DNA of 64,000 bases from an uncultured Actinomycetes bacterium (GTDB taxonomy: Bacteria; Actinomycetota; Thermoleophilia; Gaiellales; Gaiellaceae), in the NCBI GenBank assembly GCA_963746895.1, contig CAVVDI010000012.1, positions 28,600 to 92,599 of the forward strand, written 5' to 3'. The stretch's first letter is position 1. Each line of letters opens with the position of its first letter. Positions 56,210 through 64,000 of the stretch are shown here, piece after piece. The translations under genes were made by a program, and so were the position numbers. The notes under the pieces are model-generated. The model saw nothing but the letters and a program-made list of their open reading frames with translations. It did no database searches and was not told the DNA's origin.

Positions 56210-58804
56210 TCAGGATTTCGCGTCGCCCCAGCTGTCGCCGGCGCCGACGTCGACGGCGAGCGGCGGGTCGAGCGGGTAGGCCCGGCACATCTCCTCGCGC
56301 ACGAGCTCCTTGACGGTCGACAGCTCGGCGTCGGGCGCCTCGACGAGCAGCTCGTCGTGCACCTGGAGGACGAGCCTGGCGCCCCTCCCCTCCTCGCGCA
56401 GGCGGCGGTGGATCGCGACCATCGCCACCTTGATCACGTCGGCGTTGGAGCCCTGCATGACGAAGTTGACCGCCACGCGCTCGCCGAGGCCGCGCGTCTG
56501 CCTGTTCCGCGCGCGCAGCTCCGGCACCGGCCGCCGCCGTCCCAGCAGGCTGGTCGCGTAGCCGTCCGCCTCCGCCCGCTCGACGGTGCGCTCGATGAAG
56601 TCCTGCACCATCGGGAAGCGCGCGAGGTAGGCGTCGATGTACTCCTGCGCCTGCTCGCGCGGGATCTCGAGGTTCTCCGAGAGCCCGTACGCCGAGATCC
56701 CGTAGACGATCCCGAAGTTGATCATCTTCGCGACGCTCCGCTGGCCGGACGTGAGCTTCGCCGGGTCGACCCCGAGCACCTCGGCCGCCGTCGCCGTGTG
56801 GATGTCCTCGCCGCGTGCGAACGCCTCCCGCAGCTTCGGCTCGCCGGAGACGTGGGCGAGGATCCGCAGCTCGATCTGCGAGTAGTCGGCCGAGATCAAC
56901 CGGTGCCCCGGCTCGGCCACGAACGCGGAGCGGATCTCGCGGCCGATCTCGGTGCGGATCGGGATCGACTGCAGGTTCGGGTTCGAGGTCGAGAGCCGGC
57001 CGGTCGCGGCGACGGTCTGGTTGAAGTGGGTGTGCAGCCGTCCGTCCTCGCCGAGCATCTCCGGCAGCGGCACGAGGTACGTGTTGAGGAGCTTCGAGAG
57101 CTCGCGCCACTCCTCCACGACGGGCACGATCTCGTGGTCGGCGCGGATCGAGCGCAGCACCTTCGTGTCGGTCGAGTAGCCGGTCTTGCCCTTGCGCCCC
57201 GGGGTGAGCTCGAGCTTCTCGAACAGGATCCGGGCCAGCTGCTGCGGCGAGCCGAGCACGAAGTCCTCGCCCGCCAGCTCGTAGGCACGCGCCTCCAGCT
57301 CCTCGACCCGATCGGCGAGCCGCGCGGTGATCTCCCCCATCCGGTACGTGTCGATCTTGACGCCGGCCGCCTCCATCGCGGCGAGCACGCCGACGAGCGG
57401 CATCTCGACGTCGCGGTAGAGCCGCTCCGCCCCGCGCTCGCGGACGCGCTCGAGCAGCGGGTCGCGCAGCCGCAGCGTCGCGGCCGCATGGCGCACGAGC
57501 CGCGCCGTCTCCTCCTCGGCCTCGGGCTCGGGCTGCACCTCGACCGCGTACTCGGCTTCGAGGTCGTCGAGCTCGTAGGAGGCGCGTCCGGGCTCGATCA
57601 GATAGGCGAGGATCATCGTGTCGTCGGCCGCGTCGACGCCGACCGCCTTCGCGTCGTGCGCGACGAAGTTGCCGTGCAGCCGCTCCGGCCGCGGCGAGAC
57701 GACGACCTCGTCGCCGTGCGCGATCGCGATCCGCCCGTCGTCGGCCGCAATCCCGACCGGCTCCGAGCCAAGTGACACTGTGTCACTTGGCTCCTCGCGC
57801 CAGGTGACGGCCGTGCCTGCGGTGATCCGCTCGCGCGCCGGCACCGCCTCGTCGAGCTCGTCCACACGGCCGAGCAGCGCGCGGAACTCGAAGCGGCGGA
57901 ACATCTCGCGCAGCTGCGAGCGGTCGGGCGGCGCGAGCACGAGCTCGGCGGGGTCGCACTCGAGCTCGAGGTCGCGACGCATCGTCGCCAGCTGCTTCGA
58001 CGCGCGCGCCTGCCCGGCGAACTCGGTCAGGTTCCGCCGCCGCGCCGGCGACTGCTCCTCGACGTGCTCGAGCACCCCCTCGAGCGAGCCGTACTGCGCG
58101 ATCAGCTGCCCGGCGGTCTTGTCGCCGATGCCGGGGACGCCCGGAATGTTGTCCGAGGTGTCGCCCTTGAGGCCGATGAAGTCGGGGATCCGCTCCGGGC
58201 CGATCCCGTACCGCGCCTCGACCCGCTCGGGCGTGTAGACCTGGACGTCGCTGACGCCGCGCGGCGTCATCATCAGGGAGACGTTCCCCGAGACGAGCTG
58301 GAAGGCATCGCGGTCGGTCGAGACGACGCACGTCCTGATCCCGGCCGCGTCGGCCAGGGTCGCGAGCGTCGCGATCACGTCGTCCGCCTCCCAGCCCTCG
58401 AACTCGAGGTTGCGGTAGCCGAACGCCTCGACGATCGGGCGGAAGTGCGGGAACTGCTCCCGCAGCAGGTCGGCCATCGGCCGCCGGCCCTCCTTGTAGA
58501 CCACGTCGGCCGCCTCGGCCTGCGCCGCGCGGTGCACCGGGCGGGTGTCCCACGCGACCGCGACCCCCTTCGGCCGGTAGTCCGAGAGGAGCTTGAAGAG
58601 CATGTTGGTGAAGCCGAGCAGCGCGCCCGTCGGGAATCCCTCGGTCGTCGCGAGCTCCTCCGGCAGCGCGAAGAACGCCCGGTAGGCGAGGTTGTTGCCG
58701 TCGACGAGGAACAGCTCGCTGTCGCGCGCGGGCGCGTCGCTCAGGTCGAGCTCCGCGCCGGTGAGCGTCTTCGGAGACATCGCCCCGAGTCTATTGCGGC
58801 GCAC
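56210..58804 (-). CDS. polA: DNA polymerase I
   Basis: 864 aa, intact. It has a 5'-nuclease domain, a 3'-5' exonuclease-like domain and polymerase motifs (DYSQIELR, RRxAKxxNFGxxYG, QVHDEL). Confidence 0.97.
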   Translation of the reverse strand: MRRNRLGAMSPKTLTGAELDLSDAPARDSELFLVDGNNLAYRAFFALPEELATTEGFPTGALLGFTNMLFKLLSDYRPKGVAVAWDTRPVHRAAQAEAADVVYKEGRRPMADLLREQFPHFRPIVEAFGYRNLEFEGWEADDVIATLATLADAAGIRTCVVSTDRDAFQLVSGNVSLMMTPRGVSDVQVYTPERVEARYGIGPERIPDFIGLKGDTSDNIPGVPGIGDKTAGQLIAQYGSLEGVLEHVEEQSPARRRNLTEFAGQARASKQLATMRRDLELECDPAELVLAPPDRSQLREMFRRFEFRALLGRVDELDEAVPARERITAGTAVTWREEPSDTVSLGSEPVGIAADDGRIAIAHGDEVVVSPRPERLHGNFVAHDAKAVGVDAADDTMILAYLIEPGRASYELDDLEAEYAVEVQPEPEAEEETARLVRHAAATLRLRDPLLERVRERGAERLYRDVEMPLVGVLAAMEAAGVKIDTYRMGEITARLADRVEELEARAYELAGEDFVLGSPQQLARILFEKLELTPGRKGKTGYSTDTKVLRSIRADHEIVPVVEEWRELSKLLNTYLVPLPEMLGEDGRLHTHFNQTVAATGRLSTSNPNLQSIPIRTEIGREIRSAFVAEPGHRLISADYSQIELRILAHVSGEPKLREAFARGEDIHTATAAEVLGVDPAKLTSGQRSVAKMINFGIVYGISAYGLSENLEIPREQAQEYIDAYLARFPMVQDFIERTVERAEADGYATSLLGRRRPVPELRARNRQTRGLGERVAVNFVMQGSNADVIKVAMVAIHRRLREEGRGARLVLQVHDELLVEAPDAELSTVKELVREEMCRAYPLDPPLAVDVGAGDSWGDAKS
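57765..57793. repeat. palindromic element copy 3 (GAGCCAAGTGACAC-t-GTGTCACTTGGCTC) inside polA
   Basis: Perfect 14-bp arms. GGCTCC is present on both sides (57759-57764 and 57789-57794). It is translated in frame as PSDTVSLGS. Confidence 0.9.
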
Positions 58805-58855
58805 CGCCGACTCAGGATCCGTCTCGCATCGCCCCCGAGGGCGACGGCGCCGGCG

Positions 58856-59651
58856 CTACTTCAGGGTCTTCAGATACGCGACGAGGTCGGCGACCTGCGT
58901 CGACGAGAGGATCCCGCCCCAGTGCGGCATGCTCACGATCGGGGCCTTGCCGATCACGCTGCCGCTGCGAATGATGTCCGCGATCTCCGCGTCGGTGGGA
59001 AGTCATGCCGGAAGTCCCTGCCCGGCGAGCGGCGGGATCGCCTTGTCGGGCGAGACTGCGGATTCGGCACGCCGCCGAGCCCGTTCGGGCCGTGGCAGTT
59101 GACGCACCCGTAGCGGACGTAGAGCGCGGCGCCGGCGACGGCGGGGCCCTGGCCCCTGCGGCACCGCGACCGGCTGCGTCTCCGAGACGGCCGGCAGGCC
59201 CGCGCGGATGTAGGCGACGAGGTCCGAGACCTGCGTCTTCGAGATGACCGCGCCCCAGACCGGCATGTACGGCTTCTTCGGGTTCGCCGACTCGCCGAGC
59301 CCGTGGTCGATGATCTGCGTGAGCTGCGCGACGGTCAGCTGGTTGCCCACCTGCTTCAGCGCCGGCACATACGGCGAGACGCCGCCGCGGCCCTGCTCGC
59401 CGTGGCACTGCGAGCACGCGAACTGGACGAACGTGTGCGCCCCGGAGGCGACCGGCGGAGAGACGGACGCGAAGGTCGGCTGCGTGGCTGGCGGCGGCAG
59501 CGGCGACGGTCGTCGTGACCGTCGTCGTGTGCGCGGTGTAGTGCCCGGCCGCGAAGCCGACGGCGGCGCCCGCGGCGACCACGGCGACGGTCGCGGCGAG
59601 GATCGCGGGAACGACCCGCTCCCGGCGCTGCGGCTGCGCTTCCCCGGACAT
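58856..59651 (-). pseudogene. membrane-anchored dihaem cytochrome c, multiply disrupted
   Basis: Two CxxCH sites (FACSQCHGEQG and YGCVNCHGPNG) lie in different frames. The reconstruction needs +1 (about 59485-59505), +1 (about 59140-59155), +2 (about 59052-59056) and removal of a 12-nt imperfect tandem duplication (58998-59022). That duplication introduces an in-frame TGA at 59003-59005. The N-terminal TM segment is VPAILAATVAVVAAGAAVGFAAG. Confidence 0.7.
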
Positions 59652-59722
59652 GGGCGCGACTCTCACGGTGCGCCCCGTGGGGGACATCGGTAGGAATCCG
59701 CAGTGCGCCCGCGGCAGACTGC

Positions 59723-61231
59723 TTGAATCCGCCCGTGCTGCGGATCCCTCTTCTCTCGGGCACGCGGCTGGTGATCGCGACGGCGCCCGACGACGCGGTG
59801 GTGCTGCGGCCGCCGCCTCCGCCCGAGCGGAGCACCGACGTCCACGCGGCCGTGCGCGACGCGCTCCACTTCCCGCTCGACGGCGAGCCGCTCGCCGCGC
59901 TCGCCCGCGGAGCGCGTCGAGCGACGATCGTCGTCGAGCCGCCGGCGCTGCCGATCCCCGGCGTCGCCGCCGACCCGCGCCAGCTCGCGATCGCGGCCGT
60001 CGTCGACGAGCTCGAGCGGATCGGGATCCCGACCGGGTACCAGACGATTCTCGTCGCCACCGGCCTCGCCCGGCGCACCGCGGCACGGGACATCGAGGGC
60101 CTCGTCACCCCGCAGCTGGCGCGGCGGTTCCACGGCAGCGTCGTCGTCCACGACGTCGAGTCGCCCGACCTCGTGACGGTGGACGGGGAGAGCCGGCCGC
60201 CGCTCGCCGTCAACCCGACGCTGACGGACACCGACCTGGTCGTCGTCGTCACGGCCGCCGAGACCGTCCTGCACGGCGGTCCCGCGGCGCTGCTCGCCGC
60301 TGCCGGCCCCGAGCCGCTGCGCGCGGCGGGGGCGTACTCGCTGCTGGAGACCACCGCCTCGCAGGGCTGGCAGCTGGCGACGCGGCTGGAGCGGGCGCTC
60401 ATACGCCACACACCCGTCTTCGGCGTCTCGGTCGTGCTCAACCATCCGGTGATCACGGGCATGCTCCGCGGCTATCCGTACGAGCCGGAGGCGCTGGAGC
60501 GGATCGCCGGCTCGCCGCTCCGCTTCGGGTTCTCGGCCCTGCCCGGCTTCGTCCGGACTCGCGTGCTCCGCTCGCTGCCGACCGACATGTCGGCTGCCGC
60601 GGCGTTCGCCGGGCGGCCGTCCGTCGCGCATGCCGAGGCGATGCTGCGCGCGGTCGAGCTCCGCCGCGCCACGCTCGACGGCCCCCTCGACGTGCTCGTG
60701 ATCGGCGTTCCGCAGACGACTCCGTTCCTGCCGCGGGAGCGTCCGAACCCGTTGCTCGTCACGTACCTCGGCCTCGGGATGGCGTTGCGGCTCTGGCGCG
60801 ACGAGTTCCCGGTCGTGGACGGCGGAGTCGCGATTCTCGTCAACCGGTTCGTCCGCCACTTCGCGCATCCCACGCAGCAGCCCTACCGGGCCTTCTTCCA
60901 CGCGACCCGCTTCGGCCGCGACCCGCAGACGCTGGCCGAGACGGAGTCGGCCGCCTCCGCCGACCCGCGCGCGATCGCCGAGTACCGCGCCGGCCGCACG
61001 GTGCACCCCCGGCTTCCGTTCCGCGACTGGAACGCGTGCCAGCCCGCGCTCGACCGGCTCGGCTCCGTCTTCGTCGCCGAGGCGCGCGACGCCGCCGCGG
61101 TGCGCCAGTTCGGCTTCGTGCCCGTCCACACGGTTGCGGCCGCGCTCGAGCTCGCGCGCAGGCAGGCGGGCGGGAGCCCGCGAATCGGGTTCCTGCAGGC
61201 GCCGCCGTACTTCCCGCTGGCAGTCGTCTAG
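59723..61231 (+). CDS. LarA-like (DUF2088, lactate racemase N-terminal domain) protein
   Basis: 502-aa ORF. The family call is tentative and rests on blocks resembling DUF2088 (ATIVVEPPALPIP, TILVATGLARRT, DLVVVVTAAETVLHGG). Confidence 0.5.
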   Translation: MNPPVLRIPLLSGTRLVIATAPDDAVVLRPPPPPERSTDVHAAVRDALHFPLDGEPLAALARGARRATIVVEPPALPIPGVAADPRQLAIAAVVDELERIGIPTGYQTILVATGLARRTAARDIEGLVTPQLARRFHGSVVVHDVESPDLVTVDGESRPPLAVNPTLTDTDLVVVVTAAETVLHGGPAALLAAAGPEPLRAAGAYSLLETTASQGWQLATRLERALIRHTPVFGVSVVLNHPVITGMLRGYPYEPEALERIAGSPLRFGFSALPGFVRTRVLRSLPTDMSAAAAFAGRPSVAHAEAMLRAVELRRATLDGPLDVLVIGVPQTTPFLPRERPNPLLVTYLGLGMALRLWRDEFPVVDGGVAILVNRFVRHFAHPTQQPYRAFFHATRFGRDPQTLAETESAASADPRAIAEYRAGRTVHPRLPFRDWNACQPALDRLGSVFVAEARDAAAVRQFGFVPVHTVAAALELARRQAGGSPRIGFLQAPPYFPLAVV

Positions 61232-61782
61232 ACGGCGCGCAGCCCGAGGAGCTCCGCGGCCCCGGTCACCGCCGGATCGTCGACGGTGAGCGAACGCACG
61301 GCGCGGAGGCGGAGGAGCGGCGCCGCCCGGTCGAACAGCGTGACGTTCGCCCAGAGCGACTCGAAGGTCGACCACCAGCGGATCCCGGCCGCGTCCGGAT
61401 GCCGCTCGTGGAGCGCACGCGCCTGCGGCTGGGTGTGGTCGCGGCGGCGCGTGGCGACGCGCGAGGGCCGCAGTCGCTCACGCCGCAGAACCGCCGGCTC
61501 GTCGAGGTCGACCAGCGGCGCCCGGTCGTCCAGCTCCAGCTCGGCGAGGGCGAGCGGCAGGCCGCGGCGCAGGAGCAGCGCCGGCGAGAGGCGCTGACCG
61601 CGGAAGCGGGCGAGTTGCTCGACGACGCACGAGACGGCGGCCTCGGCGACGTAGAGGCAGCCGTACAGGTCGGGGTTGTCGTGCCGGCCCTCGCCCTGGT
61701 ACGGCCGTGGGAACCAGAGCGCACCGTCGAGGCCGTCGGGCCGCGCCCGCTCGTTCCAGGCGAGACAGCGGTGGAGGATCAC
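61228..61782 (-). CDS. RES-domain toxin (MbcT/ParT-like NAD+-targeting family)
   Basis: 184 aa from GTG 61782, which overlaps the antitoxin stop (GTGA). RES-domain pattern GRHDNPDLYGCLYVAEAAVSCVVE...SRVATRR...WWSTFES. Confidence 0.8.
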   Translation of the reverse strand: MILHRCLAWNERARPDGLDGALWFPRPYQGEGRHDNPDLYGCLYVAEAAVSCVVEQLARFRGQRLSPALLLRRGLPLALAELELDDRAPLVDLDEPAVLRRERLRPSRVATRRRDHTQPQARALHERHPDAAGIRWWSTFESLWANVTLFDRAAPLLRLRAVRSLTVDDPAVTGAAELLGLRAV

Positions 61783-62111
61783 GCGAAGGAGTCGGAGCGC
61801 TCCGCCCGGATCGCGCGCATCAGCTCCTCGGCCCGCCCGGCGCGGATCAGGTCGATGGGCCGCCGGTCGCCGAGCGCCGGGTTGAGACCGAAGAGCCACG
61901 CGAGCGCGGCCTCCCGCTCGTACAGGCGGAGCAGGTTCGACCAGACGAGCTCCAGCAGGTCGACCTTCTCGGCGTTCAGCGGGTCGATGCCCGCGCCGCG
62001 CAGCCAGCGCGTCACCTGGGAGCGACTGACGCCGAGCAGGTCGGCGAGCTGCGCCGCGGAGCGGAAGTCGGCGCGGAGCGCCTCGACCTTCTGCGCGGTG
62101 GCGACCGGCAT
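61779..62111 (-). CDS. Xre-family antitoxin with DUF2384 (MbcA/ParS-like) toxin-binding domain
   Basis: HTH (SAAQLADLLGVSRSQVTRWLRG) followed by the DUF2384 pattern AALAWLFGLNPALGDRRPIDLIRAGRAEELMRAI. Confidence 0.8.
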   Translation of the reverse strand: MPVATAQKVEALRADFRSAAQLADLLGVSRSQVTRWLRGAGIDPLNAEKVDLLELVWSNLLRLYEREAALAWLFGLNPALGDRRPIDLIRAGRAEELMRAIRAERSDSFA

Positions 62112-62123
62112 GCCTCGACGGTA

Positions 62124-62161
62124 GCGCAACAGATTCCGTTGCGCAACATGATCTGTTGCGC
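62124..62161. promoter_or_regulatory. nested perfect palindrome upstream of the antitoxin (operator candidate)
   Basis: GCGCAACAGAT-tcc-GTTGCGCAAC-atg-ATCTGTTGCGC. It starts 13 nt upstream of the antitoxin ATG. Confidence 0.6.
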
Positions 62162-62164
62162 GGC

Positions 62165-62335
62165 CTACGTCTCGCCGAGATACGCCTTGCGCACCTGCGG
62201 GTTCTGCGCGAGCGTCTTCGCGTCGTCGCTGAGCGCCACGATGCCCGTCTCGAGCACGTAGCCGCGGTTCGCGACCTGGAGCGCCATCAGCGCGTTCTGC
62301 TCGACCAGAAGGATCGAGGTGCCCTGCTTGTTACC
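62165..62335 (-). pseudogene. 3' remnant of a branched-chain amino acid ABC transporter ATP-binding gene (livF-like)
   Basis: GTSILLVEQNALMALQVANRGYVLETGIVALSDDAKTLAQNPQVRKAYLGE matches only the last roughly 55 aa of LivF-type ATPases. No Walker A, signature or Walker B lies upstream, where the sequence becomes AT-richer and runs into the tRNA. Confidence 0.7.
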
Positions 62336-62395
62336 GGATGGAACTAGGGAATCTCGGTCCTGCCGCAGCCGGCCCGCGTACCATGCGGGCGTCAC

Positions 62396-62479
62396 GCCGA
62401 AGTGGCGGAACTGGCAGACGCGCCGGACTCAAAATCCGGTTCCCTTCGGGGAGTGTGGGTTCGATTCCCACCTTCGGCA
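62396..62479 (+). tRNA. tRNA-Leu (anticodon CAA)
   Basis: GCCGAAGTGGCGGAACTGGCAGACGCGCCGGACTCAAAATCCGGTTCCCTTCGGGGAGTGTGGGTTCGATTCCCACCTTCGGCA. It has a 7-bp acceptor stem, anticodon loop CTCAAAA, a long variable arm and GGTTCGATTCC in the T-arm. CCA is not encoded. Confidence 0.9.
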
Positions 62480-62501
62480 CTGATCAGCTTCGGCACTGAT
62501 C
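62472..62501 (+). repeat. 14-nt direct duplication of the tRNA-Leu 3' end (att-like)
   Basis: CTTCGGCACTGATC occurs at 62472-62485 (the last 8 nt of the tRNA plus 6 nt) and again at 62488-62501. Confidence 0.8.
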
Positions 62502-62576
62502 GGCCGGGCGATCGATCCCACGGACGGTGCGAGCGGCTATGCGAGAACTATGCGGCCGAGGTCCATAGTCACCCGC

Positions 62577-64000
62577 ATGGTCGTCCGTCAGCGGAGAAGC
62601 CGGCCCGGCGTGCGTACGCTCGTGGCGCTTCTGGCCGTGGCCGGCGCCGCCGCGGGCCTCCTCGCTCCGCCGGCGTTCGCCGTCGGCGGACCGACGATCT
62701 CCTCGATCGACTTCTCGGCGAATCCCGCCTCTGCGGGACAGCCGGTGACGCTCAAGGTGACCGTGCGCGGCACGGTGCTCTCGCCGGTCGGCTTCGCGCA
62801 GCTCTTCGACGGCGGCAGTCTCCTCGGCCCGCCGCTCGTGCTGACGCCCGATTTCGACGATGCGGACCCGTTCTGCAGCCACTGCGTTCCCACCGACCAC
62901 AGTTCGGCGACGCTGACGCGTCGCTTCTCGACGGGCACGCACGTGATCACGGTCGCCTATTCAGGGGGCGTCGGCGATCTCAGCAGCGTCGGCGGCCCGA
63001 GCACACTCACCGTGAACGCGGCGACATCTTCCACATCGGTCTCGAGCTCAGCCGACCCGTCCATCCATGGACAGGCCGTGACCTTCACCGCGTCCGTCTC
63101 GAGCTCCGGGGACGCACCCTCCGGGACGGTGCAGTTTCGAATCGACGGCGCAGATTACGGCTCCGTCCAATCGCTCGACGGCGGCGGCCACGCATCGGTG
63201 ATCGCGTCGGACCTGGGCGTCGGCAGCCATGACGTCGGTGCAGCCTTCACGAGCGACAATCCGAACGTTCAGAGCTCAACCGGTGTCCTCTCGATCGGCA
63301 TCGTCGATCTCCCCCAGATCGTGAATCCGGCAGACACGACGACGACGGTCGTCGCGTCGCAGAACCCCTCCGAGTTCGGGGACGCGGTGACCTTCACGGC
63401 GAGCGTGGCCGCCGTTCCGCCCGGTGGGGGTGCGCCGACCGGCACGGTTCAGTTCGAGGACGACGGCGTCGCCCTCGGCACTCCTCGGCCGGTGGACGGC
63501 GCAGGAGACGCCGTCCTGACCACGTCGGGACTGACCGTCGGAGCGCACAGCATCTCGGCCGACTATTCGAGCGACAGCCAGAACTTCAAGAGCAGTGCGG
63601 GAAGCGTCGATCAGACGGTCGGGCGGGCGCGGACGATCCTCGTCTACGCCGGCGCACAGACGGGCGACTTCCACGATCCCGCCGTGCTCTCGGCCGAGCT
63701 CATCCGGGCCCGGAACGGTGCGCCCGTCGCCGGCAAGCCCATCGACTTCACGCTGGCGTCCGAGACGTGCTCGGCGACGACCGCGACGAACGGCGGTGCC
63801 GGCTGCTCGGTCACACCCACCGAGGCTGCGGCGACCTACGCCGTCGCGGCCGCGTTTGCAGGTGACGCCGACTACGAGCCTGCGTCCGTCAGCACGCCGT
63901 TCGCCGTCACCAGGGAGGAGACGACGACGACGTACACGGGGCCGACGGTGATCTTGCAGGGACAGCCCGTGACGCTGAGCGGACAGATCCTCGAGGACGG
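62577..64000 (+). CDS. secreted Ig-like-repeat (bacterial Ig / Big-type) surface protein, 5' partial in window
   Basis: ATG 62577: MVVRQRRSRPGVRTLVALLAVAGAAAGLLAPPAFA is a signal peptide. It is followed by repeats of roughly 90-100 aa (GQPVTLKVTV.., HGQAVTFTASVSSSGDAPSGTVQFRIDG.., FGDAVTFTASVAAVPPGGGAPTGTVQFEDDG..GAHSISADYS.., YAVAAAFAGDADYEP). The frame is open to the window end. This ORF is not in the supplied track because it has no stop. Confidence 0.75.
   Translation, partial: MVVRQRRSRPGVRTLVALLAVAGAAAGLLAPPAFAVGGPTISSIDFSANPASAGQPVTLKVTVRGTVLSPVGFAQLFDGGSLLGPPLVLTPDFDDADPFCSHCVPTDHSSATLTRRFSTGTHVITVAYSGGVGDLSSVGGPSTLTVNAATSSTSVSSSADPSIHGQAVTFTASVSSSGDAPSGTVQFRIDGADYGSVQSLDGGGHASVIASDLGVGSHDVGAAFTSDNPNVQSSTGVLSIGIVDLPQIVNPADTTTTVVASQNPSEFGDAVTFTASVAAVPPGGGAPTGTVQFEDDGVALGTPRPVDGAGDAVLTTSGLTVGAHSISADYSSDSQNFKSSAGSVDQTVGRARTILVYAGAQTGDFHDPAVLSAELIRARNGAPVAGKPIDFTLASETCSATTATNGGAGCSVTPTEAAATYAVAAAFAGDADYEPASVSTPFAVTREETTTTYTGPTVILQGQPVTLSGQILED

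Noticed and set aside
62480-62576. An integrase, transposase or IS element next to tRNA-Leu.
   Set aside because: No such ORF exists between the tRNA and the Ig-repeat gene, or anywhere else in the window. The mobile-element interpretation rests only on the att-like duplication, the livF remnant and the composition shift.

Overview
Very GC-rich, actinobacterial-type chromosomal segment, roughly 70% GC or more by eye. It is densely packed, and most genes lie on the minus strand. Most of it is housekeeping core: uvrA, uvrB, polA, rpsA, coaE, greA, tsaEBD-rimI, panCB, tdh-kbl, gdh, rex, udg, H+-pyrophosphatase and a B12-riboswitch-controlled ABC importer. There is a K+/osmotic-type cluster with TrkA, TrkA-N and three APC-family permeases, two of them fused to USP domains, plus an orphan truncated KdpD/KdpE pair. 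The right end carries a RES-Xre toxin-antitoxin pair, a truncated livF remnant, tRNA-Leu(CAA) with an att-like duplication, and a lower-GC Ig-repeat surface protein. The most unusual content is as follows. (1) An operon encodes TPP-dependent E1 alpha/beta subunits followed by an 'E2' whose lipoyl and subunit-binding domains are fused to a hexapeptide-repeat (LbH) acyltransferase instead of the normal E2 catalytic domain. Directly upstream sit two coupled cytoplasmic alkaline-phosphatase-superfamily enzymes. (2) A family of AT-rich perfect palindromes (CCAAGTGACAC-n-GTGTCACTTGG) has one copy in frame inside polA and one that supplies the stop codons of both convergent genes panB and kbl. (3) A 68-bp x3 tandem repeat re-creates the udg ribosome-binding site and start codon as a chain of overlapping mini-ORFs. 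(4) At least 17 single-base insertions, and no deletions, interrupt otherwise conserved genes, including rpsA, coaE and panC. This looks more like insertion-biased consensus error than biology and must be resolved before anything else is interpreted. No CRISPR array, rRNA, transposase or integrase was seen. Many long ORFs in the supplied track are GC-driven artefacts and were not called.
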